In this document: piece by piece, positions 59,779 through 64,000 of the stretch | How the letters are laid out: each line of letters opens with the position of its first letter | How positions within the stretch are numbered: the first letter of the stretch is position 1 | DNA from: a virus | Lineage: Duplodnaviria; Caudoviricetes | IMG/VR virus record: IMGVR_UViG_3300027807_000003 | Coordinates: 1 to 64,000 of that record | Strand: one strand, 5' to 3' | Length of the DNA: 64,000 nucleotides | The notes under the pieces: model-generated | What the model was told of the DNA's origin: nothing | What the model saw: only the letters and a program-made list of their open reading frames with translations | Databases searched by the model: none | Made by a program: the position numbers and the translations under genes

Positions 59779-61216
59779 TTTCAAACACAGAGTTGAAAAA
59801 TATAAACTCCAAATTATTCTAGAACGGGGACTAGTTTGGGGGTTCTTAATCTGCGCCCTTGGAGGATCGACAATCCCCGTTATTTTCCACAACCAGTCTA
59901 GGTTTAGCAAACTGGTTGAAATGGTTGGGGGACTGGGAAATGCGATCGCCCTATCGGCCAGTTTGTATTTCCGCCAATCAGATGAAGAGATGTTCCAGTC
60001 TTTGGAGAAAGCAAAGACACACCTTGATAGGGAATATCTCAAATCTGAGTTGGTCAACGATGCCAACAAAATTAAAGTTGACGGTGACAGGCAGTTTGCG
60101 GGGAGAATTATTGACCAAGTGCCTGAATATGAGTATCCCCGCTGGGTAGAAACATTTGGGCTACATGGATTAATCCCACTGTCATCGAGCAAACCTGATT
60201 TTGATGTACAGCTAGAAGATGGGACGGTAGTAAATGTACAAGATTTGCCAGAAACCGTCCAATACAATGATCCGCGCGATAATATCTCCGACGACTGGAT
60301 TAAGTATCTTGTAGCTGGGATGGCTCACCCGGACCCTGAAAAGCGAACGGATCATCATTTTAAAGTTGACGGTCCGTCTCAAACAGGGAAATCAACTCTA
60401 ATTAGCTACATTTTGTTTGGGTTAAATCAAGCATCTCAAAATCACGGTGGTAAACTTTACGTCAACTTGATTGACCCCAAATATCCTGAAACTAATTGGA
60501 TAATTGAGCCTAGCTTTACTGGATACGAGCAAGTAAAAGCCGGAGTAGAAACGGCTTTTCAAGAATTAAAAAGACGGAAAAACGTGCGGGTTGCAGACAA
60601 GCGATCGCACAAACCGCGAACGGTATTCCCCGACTACGTCTGCATTGTAGATGAATGGGACAATATTTATAGTGAAGGTAACGGATATGATGGTAAGATA
60701 TTAGACAAGAATGATGTAGCAGCTATTCGCTCTCAAATTTTAATTATCCTTAAGGAAGGTGCTGCCTACAATATTAGGCTAATCCTAATTGGGCAATCAG
60801 CTAATAGAGAATCACATGGTTTTAGCCATAGCCAGCTAAGGTCAACAACTCGGATTACTTTAGGTATTGAAGCTTTACAATGGACAAAAAACTCTGAGTT
60901 TCCTTGGAAAGACATTGCAGAGAACCTACGGAAAGAGTTAACCTACTGGATTAGCAAAAAACAAAGATGTGCTTTAGTCTGTCCAAATATGGGTGTTCCC
61001 TATGTAGCTCCCATACCCAAGATAAAAATCAATGCCCCGCAAGATGCCAATAGTAATATTCCAGAGTGGGAATTAATTGTTGGGCAATGGATTAAGGATT
61101 TGGGGCGACGACCGACAATTGATGAGTTAAAACCAATTGTCCAAGAACATACTAATGCATCATTCTCAGACGAAGAAATAAAGATTATCATCAATCATTT
61201 TTGCGGGGAGGAATAA
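59756..61216 (+). CDS. FtsK/HerA-superfamily ATPase with N-terminal TM helices
   Basis: GPSQTGKS, LIDPK, CIVDEW, LIGQS. Confidence 0.85.
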   Translation: MVFMFGNNFKHRVEKYKLQIILERGLVWGFLICALGGSTIPVIFHNQSRFSKLVEMVGGLGNAIALSASLYFRQSDEEMFQSLEKAKTHLDREYLKSELVNDANKIKVDGDRQFAGRIIDQVPEYEYPRWVETFGLHGLIPLSSSKPDFDVQLEDGTVVNVQDLPETVQYNDPRDNISDDWIKYLVAGMAHPDPEKRTDHHFKVDGPSQTGKSTLISYILFGLNQASQNHGGKLYVNLIDPKYPETNWIIEPSFTGYEQVKAGVETAFQELKRRKNVRVADKRSHKPRTVFPDYVCIVDEWDNIYSEGNGYDGKILDKNDVAAIRSQILIILKEGAAYNIRLILIGQSANRESHGFSHSQLRSTTRITLGIEALQWTKNSEFPWKDIAENLRKELTYWISKKQRCALVCPNMGVPYVAPIPKIKINAPQDANSNIPEWELIVGQWIKDLGRRPTIDELKPIVQEHTNASFSDEEIKIIINHFCGEE

Positions 61217-61218
61217 TT

Positions 61219-61425
61219 ATGCGCTACAGAGATAGGCTAGTACCTTGGTCTGTATTTTCATTGAACAACACTGGTGAATGGGCGATCGCTAGTCAACAAC
61301 GTAATCGAGAAGATGCGATCGCCTACGGAAACATTCTTCTAAGACAAGGCGTACGGAGGGTTAAATTAATTAACTCAGAAACCTTGGAAGAGAAACTACT
61401 TAATTCAGATTTAGACGCTGCTTAA
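61219..61425 (+). CDS. Small conserved cyanobacterial-type protein
   Basis: M.YRDRL.PW.V...RNREDA.AY...L.R; GGAGG RBS. Confidence 0.65.
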   Translation: MRYRDRLVPWSVFSLNNTGEWAIASQQRNREDAIAYGNILLRQGVRRVKLINSETLEEKLLNSDLDAA

Positions 61426-61442
61426 TTTAGGAGGAGAATAAC

Positions 61443-61652
61443 ATGGACGTAATATTTGCATCAGTTTTAATTTTAAGTGTCCCATTTGGAGGAGCCGGGA
61501 TGCTGTTTTGGCTGGGTAGAGAATCCTACCTTCAAGAGAGGAAGGCGATTTTACAAAGACAACAGCTGTCAAGGGATTGGAACCTGACCGTAAATTCAAC
61601 AGCTTCACCATCTACAAATCACCCAGAAATGCAGGAGCTAAATAAAAATTAA
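61443..61652 (+). CDS. Small membrane protein
   Basis: N-terminal TM; AGGAGG RBS. Confidence 0.65.
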   Translation: MDVIFASVLILSVPFGGAGMLFWLGRESYLQERKAILQRQQLSRDWNLTVNSTASPSTNHPEMQELNKN

Positions 61653-62167
61653 TGGGATTTTTTAAATCAACATTGGCATTTATTAAATTCCTAGCCCTTG
61701 GATTTGGTATGGCGATGGTTTGGTACGATACTGGACTATCAAGGGGCTGGATAGCACACAACTTTCACCTTGATAAGTTGTTTTGGAATTTTTCATGGAT
61801 ATTTGCTTTTACTTCTGCGATCGTAGTTCTGTCATTTGGGGCGATCATTACATTTCCATATAGCTGGCATTTTGTTGTAACCGGTGGCAGAAGGCTAGCG
61901 GCAGTTGGTGATGATACAGAAAGAAAATTCTATATTGGGGGGATTTGTCTGTTGGTTGCCTTTCTGGCTGCTAATTTATGGTTCTTCTATGAAATTGACA
62001 TTTTGTCAACTTACGAAAAAACCCATAATTGGTATATTACCACTGCGATTGTTTTCGCACCAGATTTACTTTTTCTACTTGCCAACGCACTTGAATTTAT
62101 CATCAATTCTCAAGGCGGAGAATCTGGTGGGGCAAGAGGTGGTAAAGGCAGATCTTACGACAATTAA
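61652..62167 (+). CDS. Four-TM membrane protein
   Basis: Four hydrophobic segments; TAATG coupling. Confidence 0.7.
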   Translation: MGFFKSTLAFIKFLALGFGMAMVWYDTGLSRGWIAHNFHLDKLFWNFSWIFAFTSAIVVLSFGAIITFPYSWHFVVTGGRRLAAVGDDTERKFYIGGICLLVAFLAANLWFFYEIDILSTYEKTHNWYITTAIVFAPDLLFLLANALEFIINSQGGESGGARGGKGRSYDN

Positions 62168-62170
62168 CAA

Positions 62171-62199
62171 TTGACAATTTAATTTGTCTGTTGTAAGAT
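62171..62199 (+). promoter_or_regulatory. sigma70 promoter
   Basis: TTGACA-N17-TAAGAT. Confidence 0.75.
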
Positions 62200-62232
62200 T
62201 TAAAACATCCAAGTTAGTTCAAAAGGAAAAAC

Positions 62233-62547
62233 ATGCTACAACTCAAAGTCACAGAAAAAGAAAATTACACTTTAGTAGAAACACAAAAAAATGATAAGCC
62301 AACGGGGCAAATTAACCCTGTTCAGCTATCTGATTATTCAGATATTGAATTCCCGCAAATACGTGGTGAAATTTTAGTAATATCTGGTATGCCAACAACA
62401 GCTACTGGTATTATTGCGCTTTACTACAAAGCGTATTTTAAAGTAATCACATTTTACAATCCTCGCGAGAAAAATGCTGAGGTAGCTTATTCAATTAATC
62501 CCAACATTCGATTAGGTCAGTCCGTTGAGATTGAACCTGTTGAATAA
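62233..62547 (+). CDS. csx3: Csx3/Crn3 ring-nuclease homologue with altered active site
   Basis: KENYTLV...INP..L...IEFP...LVISG.P...FYNPR...EVAYS..P..RLGQ.V follows the Csx3 pattern VVISGxxP...YDPR...VVxSH...G over its full 104 aa. Confidence 0.7.
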   Translation: MLQLKVTEKENYTLVETQKNDKPTGQINPVQLSDYSDIEFPQIRGEILVISGMPTTATGIIALYYKAYFKVITFYNPREKNAEVAYSINPNIRLGQSVEIEPVE

Positions 62548-62620
62548 GTTAAATTTTGCATATAACTCTTTAAAACGATCGCCCTCAATGGTGGTCGTTT
62601 TTCTTTAGGAGAAAAGGTAA

Positions 62621-63601
62621 ATGGATTTAAGAGTAGATTATGACTATTATATAGTTGCCTTCAGTGGGGGAAAGGATTCTCTAGCCTGTTTACTGCATCT
62701 GCTAGAGATTGGAGTACCCAAGTCCAAAATCGAGTTGTGGCATCATGAAGTAGACGGTAGAGAAGGGTCAGATTTATTTGACTGGCCATGTACCACAGGG
62801 TATGTAAGAGCGATCGCGGCTCACTTTGAAATTCCTCTTTACTTTAGTTGGAGACAAGGGGGGTTAGAAGGGGAAATGATGCGCGATAATACCCCAACCG
62901 CTGCCGTTAGCTTTGAAACCCCACACGGATTAGTAAATAGTGGAGGTAAAAGTAATCATTTAGGGACTAGATTACAATTTCCTCAAACTTCAGCTAATTT
63001 AGCTGTACGTTGGTGTTCTTCTTATGCGAAAATATCAGTAATGGATGTGGGAATAGCTCATCAATCTAGATTCAGAAATTCCCGAATTTTAGTAATCACT
63101 GGTGAGCGCAGGGAAGAATCTACCAATCGGTCAAAATATGCTGAATTTGAGCCTCACCGAAAACACTGTCAAATACGCCATGTAGACCACTGGCGACCAG
63201 TAATTGACTGGGAAGAACAAGAGGTATGGGGTATTATCAAAAGGTGGTCTGTGGTACCACACCCGGCATATAAATTAGGATGGGGAAGAACATCATGTTT
63301 CCTGTGTATTTTCTCCTCCAACGACCAATTAGCATCGGCTTGGAAAGTGGCACCACATAGGGTTCTCCGAATCGCTGCCTATGAAAAGTGTTTTGGGAAA
63401 ACCATTAGCTTTAAAAAAGTAAAAGGTAAGGTTGTCCAAGTATCGGTACTAGACAGAGTCGCGGATGGTACACCTTTTGAAATGAATGAAGATGATATTG
63501 CTCAAGCCATGAGTAGTGATTGGTATTCACCTATTACAGTACCTCCAGAGGAATGGCAGTTACCTTTGGGGGCTTATGGTGATTCTGCTGGACCAAGTTA
63601 A
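62621..63601 (+). CDS. PAPS-reductase-family (PP-loop) protein
   Basis: VAFSGGKDS, RWCSSYAK, GERREES..R, HPAY.LGWGR.SC..CIF. Confidence 0.9.
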   Translation: MDLRVDYDYYIVAFSGGKDSLACLLHLLEIGVPKSKIELWHHEVDGREGSDLFDWPCTTGYVRAIAAHFEIPLYFSWRQGGLEGEMMRDNTPTAAVSFETPHGLVNSGGKSNHLGTRLQFPQTSANLAVRWCSSYAKISVMDVGIAHQSRFRNSRILVITGERREESTNRSKYAEFEPHRKHCQIRHVDHWRPVIDWEEQEVWGIIKRWSVVPHPAYKLGWGRTSCFLCIFSSNDQLASAWKVAPHRVLRIAAYEKCFGKTISFKKVKGKVVQVSVLDRVADGTPFEMNEDDIAQAMSSDWYSPITVPPEEWQLPLGAYGDSAGPS

Positions 63602-63640
63602 TTCAACCAAACAAGCAAGCAAGCAAGCAAGGACAAAACC

Positions 63641-64000
63641 ATGACTAGTAGAATTGAGAAAATCCAATCAGACTTACAAGAGATGTGCGATCGCGGTTTA
63701 GATTTCTTAGAAGAATTAGGAGCACACACAATAGAAACCGGATTAGACCCCGACTCTCTACTCTTGTCAAACATCGAGTTGATGGTTCAAAAGTTCAGGA
63801 GAGCAATGGTTATTGAAGAAATGAAGTCTTTGGGAGGGATGGAGTTAAGATGGCGATACAATGGAGAGGAAATGTGGCGAAAAGAACGCCATATACCTAT
63901 AAATATTCCAAGCGATACTACTTGGATTACCTACGTAGTTGTACATAGTAGTTCCCCAAAAGAAGTATCGGCAGTTCAAGGGTCCGCTATTTTAGCTTCA
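63641..64000 (+). CDS. Hypothetical protein, runs off the window
   Basis: AAGGA RBS, ATG 63641, open to the end. Confidence 0.65.
   Translation, partial: MTSRIEKIQSDLQEMCDRGLDFLEELGAHTIETGLDPDSLLLSNIELMVQKFRRAMVIEEMKSLGGMELRWRYNGEEMWRKERHIPINIPSDTTWITYVVVHSSSPKEVSAVQGSAILAS

Larger units (their letters stand above)
1..64000. mobile_element. Segment of a large tailed phage / prophage / phage-plasmid of a cyanobacterium
   Basis: Portal, MuF, TerS/TerL, DarB-like, gp37/gp68 and several MTase genes; no host housekeeping genes; dense HIP1 (GCGATCGC) sites point to a cyanobacterial host. Confidence 0.9.

Noticed and set aside
62621-63601. Dnd/Ssp phosphorothioation system
   Set aside because: Lone PAPS-reductase-family gene; no partner genes in the window
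63612-63630. (CAAG)n microsatellite
   Set aside because: Short and intergenic, with no evident functional consequence
1-64000. Genome-wide TAG recoding
   Set aside because: Long genes are intact under the standard code and many end in TAG; the 26591 case is isolated

Overview
About 64 kb of a large tailed phage or phage-plasmid from a cyanobacterium. The HIP1 octamer GCGATCGC is very abundant. No integrase, rRNA, tRNA or CRISPR array was seen. The left end (1-9.6 kb) is a virion module. It holds a MuF head gene that runs off the window and is split by an A9 slippery tract, a 1261-aa DUF1073-type portal fused to InPase and ADP-ribosyltransferase domains, putative tail genes, a ParB-domain gene and a C5 methyltransferase. 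The 10-43 kb region is a co-oriented early/accessory cassette region with repeated sigma70 promoters, HIP1-paired hairpins and a start-associated ACCAAGTTAA motif. It carries an orphan YefM antitoxin, a MoxR/VWA pair, a DHH-like protein with a dead paralogue, a DarB-like methylase-helicase, an orphan HEARO/omegaRNA and a stand-alone Cas11d homologue. The 44-54 kb region encodes recombination and methylation genes plus TerS and TerL (class 3 intein). The 54.06-55.15 kb region is an ORF-free tandem array of about 10 promoter / short RNA / terminator units, several complementary to RBS-AUG regions. The rest holds a patatin, a divergent regulator pair, an FtsK-like membrane module, a degenerate Csx3/Crn3 homologue and a PAPS-reductase-family gene. 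The strongest leads are the small-RNA array, the two cas-derived decoy candidates and the portal polyprotein. All family calls come from motifs recognised by eye, and no searches were run.
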